Part shown: positions 1-8,631 of the stretch, in pieces | How positions within the stretch are numbered: the first letter of the stretch is position 1 | Layout: the number at the start of each line of letters is the position of its first letter | Made by a program: the position numbers and the translations under genes | Source: Planctomycetota bacterium | GTDB taxonomy: Bacteria; Planctomycetota; JAJSAM01; JAJVHW01 | Reading direction: 5' to 3' | Length of the DNA: 64,000 bases | Assembly (NCBI GenBank): GCA_965248445.1 | Contig: CBDFJG010000001.1 | Span: 479,885-543,884 of the forward strand | The notes under the pieces: generated by a model | What the model saw: only the letters and a program-made list of their open reading frames with translations | The model's database searches: none | What the model was told of the DNA's origin: nothing

Positions 1-88
1 TTCGAAGACGACGGGCGGGGACACGGGCTGCGAGACGGAGTCGTGAAACGGCACGGAGACCGCGAGCGTCCCTGCTCTGCGGCAGCGG

Positions 89-1012
89 TCACTCGTCTTC
101 GGGGGTCTCATCCTCGTAGCCGACGGGCGGAGGGGTCGTGAAACCGGCGGGGCCGGCGACGCTCGAGGTGACGGGGATGAGACCAGGTAGCGACGTCAGG
201 TCCGCGCCCGCGACCGTGATCTTCCGCGGGGATTGGTCTCCGAGTGTGGCCGTGTAGGCCACGAGCGACGCCGGTAACTCACCGGCAACGCCGGTGAACG
301 TCACGCCCATGCACTTCTGTTGCGCCGCCACGTCCACGATCGAGAGAACGAGTGCGAGTCGCGTCTCCGGTCGCGCATCGACCTGGACCACTCCGTCCGA
401 GGCCGCGTGCGTCGCGAACGGCGTGTGCAGCGCATTCGCATCGCTGGGCGGCCAACCATCCGACACCTTCACCGGCAGCAGGACGGGCGGGTACTCCGGC
501 GGCCCGATGGCGCCGTCGCCTGGAAGGAACACCGCGATCGCGCCTTCGGCGTCGTCGCGAGAGTGCTGCGCCGCGAACCAGATCCGGTAGACGCCCGTTT
601 GCGCGCAGGTCTGCAGCACATACTGGATCGCGCCCCACCGCACCCGACCGTCGGCGCTGATCACCAGATCGAGCTCGGAGAGCCGCTGGTCGCCGACGAG
701 CGAGACGAGCGTGCCGCGCAGCCCGGACAGGTCGCCGTCTGCGCCGTCGATCGTGAGCGCGCCGTTCGCGGCGATCCCGACGTCGAGGCGGTGGGCGGAC
801 GTCGGCGCATCCCCCACCGTGCCGATGCGCGGGAGCTTCACCCCTTTCGGCGGTGCGGGCTGTTCCGGCGGTGCGGGCTGACGAACCGGAGGCGGCTCGG
901 CCTGGGTCGTGCCGTCGGACTGCTCGGACCCGCACGCGGCGGCCAGCAGCAGAACAGCGACCGCTACCGCGCGAGGCCGTCGGCCAACCGCTTCTCGAAC
1001 GTGGTGATCCAC
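89..1012 (-). CDS. ExbD/TolR-like lipoprotein with two ExbD-type periplasmic domains
   Basis: Lipobox LLAAAC, Pro-rich linker, ExbD-like segments 'LVISADGRVRWGAIQYVLQTCAQTGVYRIWFA' and 'VQVDARPETRLALVLSIVDVAAQQKCMGVTF'; start codon uncertain. Confidence 0.6.
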   Translation of the reverse strand: MDHHVREAVGRRPRAVAVAVLLLAAACGSEQSDGTTQAEPPPVRQPAPPEQPAPPKGVKLPRIGTVGDAPTSAHRLDVGIAANGALTIDGADGDLSGLRGTLVSLVGDQRLSELDLVISADGRVRWGAIQYVLQTCAQTGVYRIWFAAQHSRDDAEGAIAVFLPGDGAIGPPEYPPVLLPVKVSDGWPPSDANALHTPFATHAASDGVVQVDARPETRLALVLSIVDVAAQQKCMGVTFTGVAGELPASLVAYTATLGDQSPRKITVAGADLTSLPGLIPVTSSVAGPAGFTTPPPVGYEDETPEDE

Positions 1013-1989
1013 TCTTGCGCCCTTTCCGCCGGTTTCGTGTTGCCGCGCGACTTGATCAGACTGCAAAGTTCGCGGATCGCGGCCTCGACGTCCTTCTTCT
1101 TGCGCGGGTTCGTCTTCTCGAGGATCGCGTCCAGCCGGTCTTCCGCCTCGCGCACCCAGCCGACGCGCGGATTGGCTTCGAGCTTCGCCCACTCGGCCTC
1201 GACGCTCTCCTCGAACTTCGTGCCCTTGTAGATCTCGCGCATGCGCTCCACGCGGCGGCTGACGATGCCCCAGTCGAGTTCCTTCGCGAGCGCCTTGATG
1301 ACCTTGGTCTGGAAGGCGTGGTAGCGGGCGATTTCGGCACGTACTGCGGCGGCTACGGCCTTGTCCGGCTCGCCTGCGTACTGGTCCTTCTCGATCTTCT
1401 CCGTCGCCGCCACGGCCGCTCCGAAGCGGAGTTCGCGCGCGGCCTTGGCAAGCGTCTTGGCTTTGCGCGGGAGCGCTTTCTCGTCGAACCATCCGGCGCG
1501 GGTGAACTGCGGTTCCAGGACGCTGTCCTTCAGTGCCTGCACGTGAGCGTTGAACACGACCGTTCCGCCCGGGCCGACCACGTACGTACGCGGAACCGAC
1601 GTGCCGGGATAAGCGAGCGAAGCGTCACCCTTCGCATCGTGGCCGACGTGCCACTTGGCTTCGCTGCGCGAGACGTACGCCGCCGCCTGGTCTGCGTCAC
1701 AGTCGATGAGCACTTCGATGAAGGTGTACGGCCGTTCAGAGTGCGCCTTTGCCAGGTCTGCGACCTTCGACTCGAACGCGCGGGACGTCAGCTTGGTCGG
1801 ATCGTGGAAGTGCAGGACCACGACGCGGCCGCGCAACTTCTTCATCCTCGGCGCCGCGCCGTTCCACCACTTCGCGCACGCGACGTCGGCCGCAGTCTGG
1901 TCCAGGCGGTCCACGATCGCGGCGTCGGCGGAGATCGCGGTCACAGCGAGGAGGGCCGCTGCCCATTTCACAGACACGGGGCGTCGCAT
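964..1989 (-). CDS. Secreted redoxin/TlpA-like thioredoxin-fold protein (no CxxC) with helical C-terminus
   Basis: Signal peptide; 'KKLRGRVVVLHF', 'SVPRTYVVGPGGTVVF' typical of TlpA/AhpC-TSA fold. Confidence 0.65.
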   Translation of the reverse strand: MRRPVSVKWAAALLAVTAISADAAIVDRLDQTAADVACAKWWNGAAPRMKKLRGRVVVLHFHDPTKLTSRAFESKVADLAKAHSERPYTFIEVLIDCDADQAAAYVSRSEAKWHVGHDAKGDASLAYPGTSVPRTYVVGPGGTVVFNAHVQALKDSVLEPQFTRAGWFDEKALPRKAKTLAKAARELRFGAAVAATEKIEKDQYAGEPDKAVAAAVRAEIARYHAFQTKVIKALAKELDWGIVSRRVERMREIYKGTKFEESVEAEWAKLEANPRVGWVREAEDRLDAILEKTNPRKKKDVEAAIRELCSLIKSRGNTKPAERAQEWITTFEKRLADGLAR

Positions 1990-2567
1990 CACGGCGAGTC
2001 TACGAGTCCCTCCGCACCGGCTCGCCCACGGATCTCGGCGAACGGCACCGGCTCGCGCGGCGGATCGGACGGCGCCTGCAAGGTGAGCGCCCACCACGAG
2101 ACGTCGTGCCAAGCGCCGAACTTGAACCCGAGCGAAGGGAAGACGCCCACGTGGCGGAATCCCACGCTCTCGTGCAGACGCTCGCTCGGCAGGTTGGGCG
2201 GCACGATCCCGGCGACCACGATGTGGAACCCCTGCCACCCGAGGATCGCGAGCAGCACGTCGTAGAGAGCGCGCCCGATGCCCCGGCTGTGTGCCTCCGA
2301 GTCCACGTAGGCCGAGACTTCGACCGTCCAGCGGTACGCGCTGCGCGCGCGGTGCGCCCCTGCGTAGGCGTAGCCCACCACCTCTTCGTCCAGAGTTGCG
2401 ACCAGGTAGGGGTGCACCGGCAGGCAGGCTGCGATGCGACGCGCCATCTCCGCATCGACCGGGGCGGACTCCTCGAACGTGGCCGGCGACGTGCGCACGG
2501 ATTGCGCGTAGACCGCCGCGACTGCCGGTGCATCGGCGATGGCGGCAACCCGGACCCGGATCGTCAC
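1989..2567 (-). CDS. Phosphinothricin N-acetyltransferase-like GNAT
   Basis: 'ATFEE', 'RSAYRWTVEVSAYV', 'RGIGRALY', 'GFKFGAWHDV' motifs of the PAT/YncA family. Confidence 0.85.
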   Translation of the reverse strand: MTIRVRVAAIADAPAVAAVYAQSVRTSPATFEESAPVDAEMARRIAACLPVHPYLVATLDEEVVGYAYAGAHRARSAYRWTVEVSAYVDSEAHSRGIGRALYDVLLAILGWQGFHIVVAGIVPPNLPSERLHESVGFRHVGVFPSLGFKFGAWHDVSWWALTLQAPSDPPREPVPFAEIRGRAGAEGLVDSP

Positions 2568-4609
2568 ACTCCCTCCGCAACGATCGGCTCGACCTCGATC
2601 CGGCCGCGCCACGGCCGCACGCGCGTGATCCGCCACTGACCTGCAGTGCCCTCCGACGGCGCCCGCCAAGAGCGTTCGCACTTGAGTGTCACCTCACGGT
2701 GCAGATCCGGAATCCAAACGGAGCCGGTGCCGCGCCGCGGCGTCCGCGAGAGCAGGCCCGGGAGCACTTCCCCCACGCGCGGCTCGAACACGCGTGCGAT
2801 CCAGTAGCGCAGGCGCGCGTCGGCGGCCTGCCGGACGCGGCGCACGCGTTGCGCCAGGTGCGTGGCGAGATCTTCCAACTCGGCGTGGTTGAGAGGCGGC
2901 TTCTCCCCGCGCAGGACCGCGCACAACTGGCCCTGGTTCGCCATGTCTCCGTAACGCCGGATCGGCGACGTGATCTGAACGTAGGCGTCGACGCCCAGCC
3001 CGTGGTGCGGTCCCGGCTCCGTGGCCACGACCGTGGGAGCGAACGACTTGCGGAGACGCAACTCGTACAACGGATCGCCCACCTCCGGGGGCTGACGGCG
3101 ACGATCCGTGTCTCCGCTCTGCGTTCGATAGAGCGCCGGCGCGCGGGCATCGGCCATGAGCGCGGCGGCGGCCGAGTTGTAGAGCACCATCGTCTCGCTC
3201 ACGAGCACGTCAGCTGGAGAGTCCTGCCGGCGGACGCGCACCTCGGGGACGCCATCGCGAAGGGCAACGTCGATGGACGGAATCTCAACGATTCGTGCGC
3301 CGCGCTCCCCGCGGGCGGCGCGCAGCGCGTCACCGATGCGCACCAGTAACGCGCCGTCCTCCGCGTTTTCGCCGAGTACGGAGGCATCGCGGCTCTCGGC
3401 ATACGTGACGTGGCGCGCCACACGGACCACGGTCCGCTCGAACCGCGTGTCGACCACGGAGAGGTCGTCGGAGAGCGCCGCTACGAGGGTCAACGCAGGC
3501 CGGGGGTCGGGACCGAGAGACAGCGCCTCTACCGCGTCGCGGAAGAGCATCGGTGTCGTGCCGTCCGGGATGTAGAGCGACGACGCATTCCAGTGCGCTC
3601 GGAGCGTGAGCGATTCGCACTTCGCGAGGCGTGTGCAATCGGCCACGTGGACGAGCAGTTCCAGGCGGCCGTCCACCCGTCGCAGCGACACGGCATCGTC
3701 GACCTCGAACGTGCCGGCGCTGTCGACGGCGACCGCGAGCAGGCCGGTCAGGTCAGTCCGTCCGGATGCGTCCACGGCGGAGTCAGAGAGGGACTTGATC
3801 TCGTGGCGATGGGACTCATCGCAGTGCGTGAACAGGCACGCGCGTTCCGCACTGGGATTCGTGTCCTTCGGCAGGGCTCCGCAGGCCACGAGTTCCTCTA
3901 GGAGGATGTCGGGTGTCTCGTGCAGTCCGAGCGACCGTACGAGCGCGAGTGCACGCGCGCCGTCGCTGCACTCCCCCCGCAGAGCGACGTGGATCACGGC
4001 ATCCAGGCTGTCGCGGCCCGCCGCCGCCTCGTCCGGCCGGTAGTCCGTGTCGGTCCAGCGAGCCGACTCCGCTTCGCGATCGGCTGCGGCCCGCCACGCC
4101 GCCGGGACGCCGCTGCTGCGCTCGGGCCACCACGCCGCGACCGCCCCATCCGCGGCGGCGACGAACCGCTCCTCGTTCAACACCCGCAGCGTTCGCCGCG
4201 CCTCGAGGGCCGGTACGGCGGTGAAGCGGCCGTCCTTGCGCCGGAACCACGGCGCCGCTCCCGTGCATCCCAGGGCGAGCGCCAGCGGATCGTCGACCCC
4301 GGCCTCCGCGATCAGGTCGTCGAGCGAGTACTCGCGGCCCTCCGGCAGACGGCGGTGCAACGACAGCCAGTCCGCGTAGGGAGTCACCGACGCCCGCACG
4401 CGCGCCAGGTACGCCGCCTCGTCCTCGTCCACACGACGAGCGAACGGCGCAACGACGCGCGCGATGACCCGCTCCGCGGGCAGCCGGAAGCGGGCGCGGT
4501 CCTCGGCGACGAGGGCCAGCATGGGACCCTTCCTGCCGTCCTCCTCACCCACCACGCACGCGAGGTGAACGCCCTGGCGACGCGGAAAGGCGACAACCTC
4601 TTGGCCCAT
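2564..4609 (-). CDS. RNB-domain exoribonuclease (RNase II/R family)
   Basis: 'AVDSAGTFEVDDAVS', 'HHGLGVDAYVQITSPIRRYGD' RNB signatures. Confidence 0.88.
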   Translation of the reverse strand: MGQEVVAFPRRQGVHLACVVGEEDGRKGPMLALVAEDRARFRLPAERVIARVVAPFARRVDEDEAAYLARVRASVTPYADWLSLHRRLPEGREYSLDDLIAEAGVDDPLALALGCTGAAPWFRRKDGRFTAVPALEARRTLRVLNEERFVAAADGAVAAWWPERSSGVPAAWRAAADREAESARWTDTDYRPDEAAAGRDSLDAVIHVALRGECSDGARALALVRSLGLHETPDILLEELVACGALPKDTNPSAERACLFTHCDESHRHEIKSLSDSAVDASGRTDLTGLLAVAVDSAGTFEVDDAVSLRRVDGRLELLVHVADCTRLAKCESLTLRAHWNASSLYIPDGTTPMLFRDAVEALSLGPDPRPALTLVAALSDDLSVVDTRFERTVVRVARHVTYAESRDASVLGENAEDGALLVRIGDALRAARGERGARIVEIPSIDVALRDGVPEVRVRRQDSPADVLVSETMVLYNSAAAALMADARAPALYRTQSGDTDRRRQPPEVGDPLYELRLRKSFAPTVVATEPGPHHGLGVDAYVQITSPIRRYGDMANQGQLCAVLRGEKPPLNHAELEDLATHLAQRVRRVRQAADARLRYWIARVFEPRVGEVLPGLLSRTPRRGTGSVWIPDLHREVTLKCERSWRAPSEGTAGQWRITRVRPWRGRIEVEPIVAEGV

Positions 4610-4689
4610 CGCGGCGAGGCTACTGAGCGCTGCCTGGCGAGGCGGGTTTCTTCGCACGAGCGGGCGGGCGCATCCCGCACCCTTCCGGC

Positions 4690-5265
4690 ATGTCAGACAC
4701 CGACGAACAGGCCCCGAAAGACCGCCTCGCGGCGATCGTGCGCGAGCAACTCGCGCTGATCGGCGAGGACCCCGACCGCGAGGGACTCCGCAGCACGCCG
4801 AAGCGGGTCGCCAAGGCGATGCGCTTCTTCACGCAGGGCTACTCCCAGGACCTGGACACGCTTCTGAACGCGGCAGTCTTCACCGAGCAGACCGACGAGA
4901 TGGTCGTCGTCCGCGACATCGAGGTCTACAGCCTCTGCGAGCACCACATGGTCCCGTTCTTCGGCAAGGCCCACGTCGGCTACCTGCCCCGGGGCAAGAT
5001 CATCGGCCTGTCCAAGGTCGCACGGCTGGTCGATATGTATGCCAGAAGGCTGCAGGTGCAGGAGCGCCTGACGACGCAGGTCGCGCAAGCTCTCATGACC
5101 CTGGTCCAGCCTCGGGGAGTTGGCGTGGTCATCGAGGCCAGCCACCTCTGCATGATGATGCGCGGTGTCGAGAAGCAGAACTCACGGGCGATCACGAGCT
5201 GCATGCTCGGGACGTTCCGGTCCGATCCACGGACCCGCTCGGAGTTCCTCGACTTCGTGAACTGA
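4690..5265 (+). CDS. folE: GTP cyclohydrolase I
   Basis: '[10 protein letters not shown]', 'GLSKVARLV', '[10 protein letters not shown]', 'HLCMMMRGV'. Confidence 0.97.
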   Translation: MSDTDEQAPKDRLAAIVREQLALIGEDPDREGLRSTPKRVAKAMRFFTQGYSQDLDTLLNAAVFTEQTDEMVVVRDIEVYSLCEHHMVPFFGKAHVGYLPRGKIIGLSKVARLVDMYARRLQVQERLTTQVAQALMTLVQPRGVGVVIEASHLCMMMRGVEKQNSRAITSCMLGTFRSDPRTRSEFLDFVN

Positions 5266-5300
5266 CTGTCTCGTCGACCTGACATGAGACGCGCCGAGCC

Positions 5301-5804
5301 ATGAATCGCATCCTGGGCGGACTGTTCGAGACCGTGCACCTCGTGGGAATCGCGACGGTGTTCGGGGCTGCCATGCTCATCACGTGGCTGACGAGTCCGA
5401 GCCTCCTGCCCGAGTCGTTCGGTGTCGAGTCGGCGCTGCACACGGCGGGACGGATCGCGCCGCACTTCGTCTCTCCCGCGCGACTCATCGTCATCGCCGC
5501 GCTCGTGGCGGCCATCCTCGCCCCCTACTTGCGCGCGGACGGGCCGAAGACGGCTGCGTGGTTGCGCGTCGCCACCGTGGGGCTTGCACTGTTCCTGCTG
5601 TTCGTCGCCTGGAGCGACGGCAAGGAGTGGGCCGAGACCGCGTCGGCAGCGAGTCTGGCCGGCAGCGACGTGGAGGCGCAGGCATCCGCCGCCGACGCCC
5701 TCGCCAAGCGCTCGGACAAGCACGTCACGCCGTGGAACACTCTCGCCGCCGCGAGCGGGCTGAACCTCGTGATCTGCGCGTTCCAGATGTACCGCAAGAA
5801 GTAG
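5301..5804 (+). CDS. Four-helix membrane protein of unknown function
   Basis: ATG right after folE, about four hydrophobic segments, GC3-biased codons. Confidence 0.65.
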   Translation: MNRILGGLFETVHLVGIATVFGAAMLITWLTSPSLLPESFGVESALHTAGRIAPHFVSPARLIVIAALVAAILAPYLRADGPKTAAWLRVATVGLALFLLFVAWSDGKEWAETASAASLAGSDVEAQASAADALAKRSDKHVTPWNTLAAASGLNLVICAFQMYRKK

Positions 5805-5833
5805 CGGGCGTTCCGCCCGCTCGCGGGTCACTC

Positions 5834-6176
5834 GGATCGCGGAGCGATCCGCGCGCCACGCGGCGGTCGGATGTCTCCCTCCTACGCGGTCTCCGACCGC
5901 TACGGACGGCTGCGGTCACGGTGCTCGCTTCGCAAGCCCCGCGCCCTCGCGATTCGGACTCGCCGGTGCGGCTGTCAAGAAGTAGAAGGCGTTCCGGCCG
6001 CTACTCGCGCGCGAACCGCGCGCATCCAGTAGGGGCGGGGTTCGCCTCGTTGCGTGAATCGCGAGGGCGCGCTGGTTGCGGAGCAAGCGGCGTGACCGTA
6101 GCCCTCCGTAGCGTCCGGAGGACGCGTAGGAGGGAGACATGCGCCCGAAGCGTGGCCGAGGATCGCCACGCGATCC
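5834..6176. repeat. Inverted pair of ~122-bp REP/BIME-like repeat units
   Basis: 5834-5955 aligns to the reverse complement of 6056-6176 at 101/122 positions (hand alignment); lies between convergent genes. Confidence 0.85.
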
Positions 6177-6200
6177 GCAGGCGACGCGCACGGGCGTCAC

Positions 6201-7574
6201 TCACCGCTTCTTCGGCGTGCGCGTGCTCCCGGGCGACGTGTACCCGAGCCCCCGCAGAGCAGCGTCCACGTCGTCGTCGATCGCGCCCGGCGCGGCCTCC
6301 TCGCCCGGCACGGACAGCCATGCGCGCATGGTGTCCATCGCCGTGACGACGTCTTCCGGCGTTCCGGCTGCGACGTTGCGCTCGTCCGCGGCGGGCCACC
6401 ACGTGACGTCGATTGGGCCTGTGTAGTAACGCAGCTTCCAGCGCACGTCGATGCCGGTCTGGTCGCCGACGATCTCCCTGCGGCGGCCCTCGGCGACGAA
6501 CGGTAACGGAGCACGGCCCGGCGTGACGGACCGGCCCTGCAAGACCAACCGCATGTCCCCGCCCTCCGCGTCCGGGAGCGGCGGGAGGCCGGCAAGAGCG
6601 GCGACCGTCGGGGCCAGATCGAGATTGCGTATGCGGCGACGAGACCACCCGCGCGAGACACCCGGGCCAGCGAACACCATCGGAATCTGCAGCGCCGGGT
6701 CGTGCAGCAGGTTTCCGTGACGGAACCAGTAGCGGTCCTCGCCGTGCGCCTCGCCGTGATCCGCGTGCAGCGCGACGACCGTGTTCTCGAGGTCGAGGCG
6801 CGCGAATAGGCGCGCCAGTTGGTCGTCGGCGTATCGCAGCTCGCGGTCGTACGCGTCCGCGTACTCCTGCGGAGTCGTGAGTCCCGGCACGCGCAGGTAC
6901 TTCGGGATCTTGTCCGCGCCGGGCCACGTGGAGAGGTCCACCGATTCGGGCAGCACCGGGTTGCTCGCGTCGAGTTCCGGAGTCGGCTCCGGAGCGGAGT
7001 AGGGGCCGTGCGGGTCGTACAGATGCACCCAGAGCAGGAACGGGCGTCCATCGTCGTCGTCGAGCCAGGTGAGCGCGCGGTCGATCGTGTTGCGCGCCAC
7101 GCGCTGGGCGTTCGGGTGACCGAAGCAGGGGTCCGTCATCTCGTCGTCGTACGTCTCGAATCCGGGCGCGAGGCCCGAGACGTCGCGGCGCAAGAGCACC
7201 GTCGAGACGAATCCGCCGGTCCTGTAGCCGGCATCGCGCGCTACCTGCGCGATCGTCGGCACGCCCGCGGCCAGTGGTTCGGCGTTCCCGCGCACCGTCG
7301 TGATGGGGGCGCGGCGCGAGGTGAGCGAAGACGCGATCGACGGGCAGGTGTTCGGGGCCTGCGACCAGGCGTTTAGGCAGTAGAACCCCTGCGCCGCAAG
7401 CGCATCGATCGCCGGGGTCGTGGGACGCGAGTAGCCGTACAGCGACAGGCGGTCCCTGCGCGTCGTGTCGAGGGTCACGATCACGACGTTGCGCGGCGGC
7501 TCCGAACAGGCCGCGAGCCCAAGGCCCGCTGCGATCAAGACAGGGAGCAGGCTGATCAGGCTCGGTCGCCGCAC
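6201..7574 (-). CDS. Sulfatase-family lipoprotein
   Basis: Lipobox LAAC; 'NVVIVTLDTTRRD', 'FLLWVHLYDPHGPY', 'ADHGE', 'FRHG'. Confidence 0.85.
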   Translation of the reverse strand: MRRPSLISLLPVLIAAGLGLAACSEPPRNVVIVTLDTTRRDRLSLYGYSRPTTPAIDALAAQGFYCLNAWSQAPNTCPSIASSLTSRRAPITTVRGNAEPLAAGVPTIAQVARDAGYRTGGFVSTVLLRRDVSGLAPGFETYDDEMTDPCFGHPNAQRVARNTIDRALTWLDDDDGRPFLLWVHLYDPHGPYSAPEPTPELDASNPVLPESVDLSTWPGADKIPKYLRVPGLTTPQEYADAYDRELRYADDQLARLFARLDLENTVVALHADHGEAHGEDRYWFRHGNLLHDPALQIPMVFAGPGVSRGWSRRRIRNLDLAPTVAALAGLPPLPDAEGGDMRLVLQGRSVTPGRAPLPFVAEGRRREIVGDQTGIDVRWKLRYYTGPIDVTWWPAADERNVAAGTPEDVVTAMDTMRAWLSVPGEEAAPGAIDDDVDAALRGLGYTSPGSTRTPKKR

Positions 7575-7818
7575 GACCCGAGCCTACCGGGTCACCCGGG
7601 AATCAGTTGGGGCCCCCCGCGAGCGCTCCGGCCGGCGGCGCGCGAGTCCAGTTGCCGGTCCGGGGCTTCTACTCACGTTGGAGGGGGCCCGTGAACCACT
7701 TCGCAACGGGCGGGCCAGTCCCGGCGCGCTCAATTCGTGCCTGGCGGTGTGTCGAGGCGGGATCAGGGTGTTACGGCCGCGCCCCGCCCGTGTCACCGGC
7801 AGGGGTCACCGGCGGGAG

Positions 7819-8631
7819 TCACCGGAACGTGAGTCGATACCGCCCCGCCTCCGTCAGACCGGCCCGCACGTAGCAGCGGCGTGCCGGAGTATTGGTCTCG
7901 GCGACGTGCAGGGTGACGCGCGGTGATTCCTCGAGCGCGAGGTGGCAAAGGGCTGCGGTCGCAGCGGTCGAGATGCCGCAGCCACGGTGCGACGGCACGG
8001 TGAAGATCCCACCGAGCCCCGCGCCCGCTGAACCCAGGAAGTTGAACGCGCCGGTCCACACGATCTCGCCCTGGTCCTCGACCACGTAGAGCACGCCCTT
8101 CTCGATGCGGCGTCGCACGTAACCGTCCACCCAGCGCGCGTTCTCCTCCCCGGGGGTTGCGAGTCCGTCCTCGTAGCGGTACTGCGCCACGATCGGGCCG
8201 AGGGCCGGCCGATCCGCCATGGTCGCGGGGCGGATCGACGGGTGGGCGGGAGCCAGGTCGGCGGCGTCGTGCACCGCCATCAAGATCTGCGCGCGGTCCA
8301 CGCGCGGTTCGGTCGCGAGCGCCAACCACCTCACGATGCACGCGCACGGCTGCTGCGGTCCGATCACGCTGCGCCACTCGACGCGCGTGGCGATGGCGCG
8401 CCCGAGCGCGTTCGCGCTGCGGTCCGTCGTGCAAGCGGCAGCCGCGATCGCCCCCGCGCGGACAACCACCAGTCCGGTCAGCACCCCGTCCTCGAACGCA
8501 CCGAGGAAGTCGCGCACACCGCGATCGAGAAGGCAGTGCGCCATCCACGTGTCGGCCGCACCGCCGCGCTCGAGCAGCGCCTCGACGTCGGCCCGTTCGC
8601 CGCGGCGGATGTTGCGGATCCGCAGACTCAC
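7819..8631 (-). CDS. GNAT acetyltransferase (C-terminal FR47-like domain)
   Basis: 'GGIFTVPSHRGCGIS', 'LHVAETNTPARRCYVRAG'; GTG start overlaps the upstream stop. Confidence 0.8.
   Translation of the reverse strand: MSLRIRNIRRGERADVEALLERGGAADTWMAHCLLDRGVRDFLGAFEDGVLTGLVVVRAGAIAAAACTTDRSANALGRAIATRVEWRSVIGPQQPCACIVRWLALATEPRVDRAQILMAVHDAADLAPAHPSIRPATMADRPALGPIVAQYRYEDGLATPGEENARWVDGYVRRRIEKGVLYVVEDQGEIVWTGAFNFLGSAGAGLGGIFTVPSHRGCGISTAATAALCHLALEESPRVTLHVAETNTPARRCYVRAGLTEAGRYRLTFR

Noticed and set aside
7609-7690. SRP RNA (ffs) assignment for the GC-rich hairpin
   Set aside because: Lacks the conserved domain IV motif (CAGG..GNRA..AGCA)
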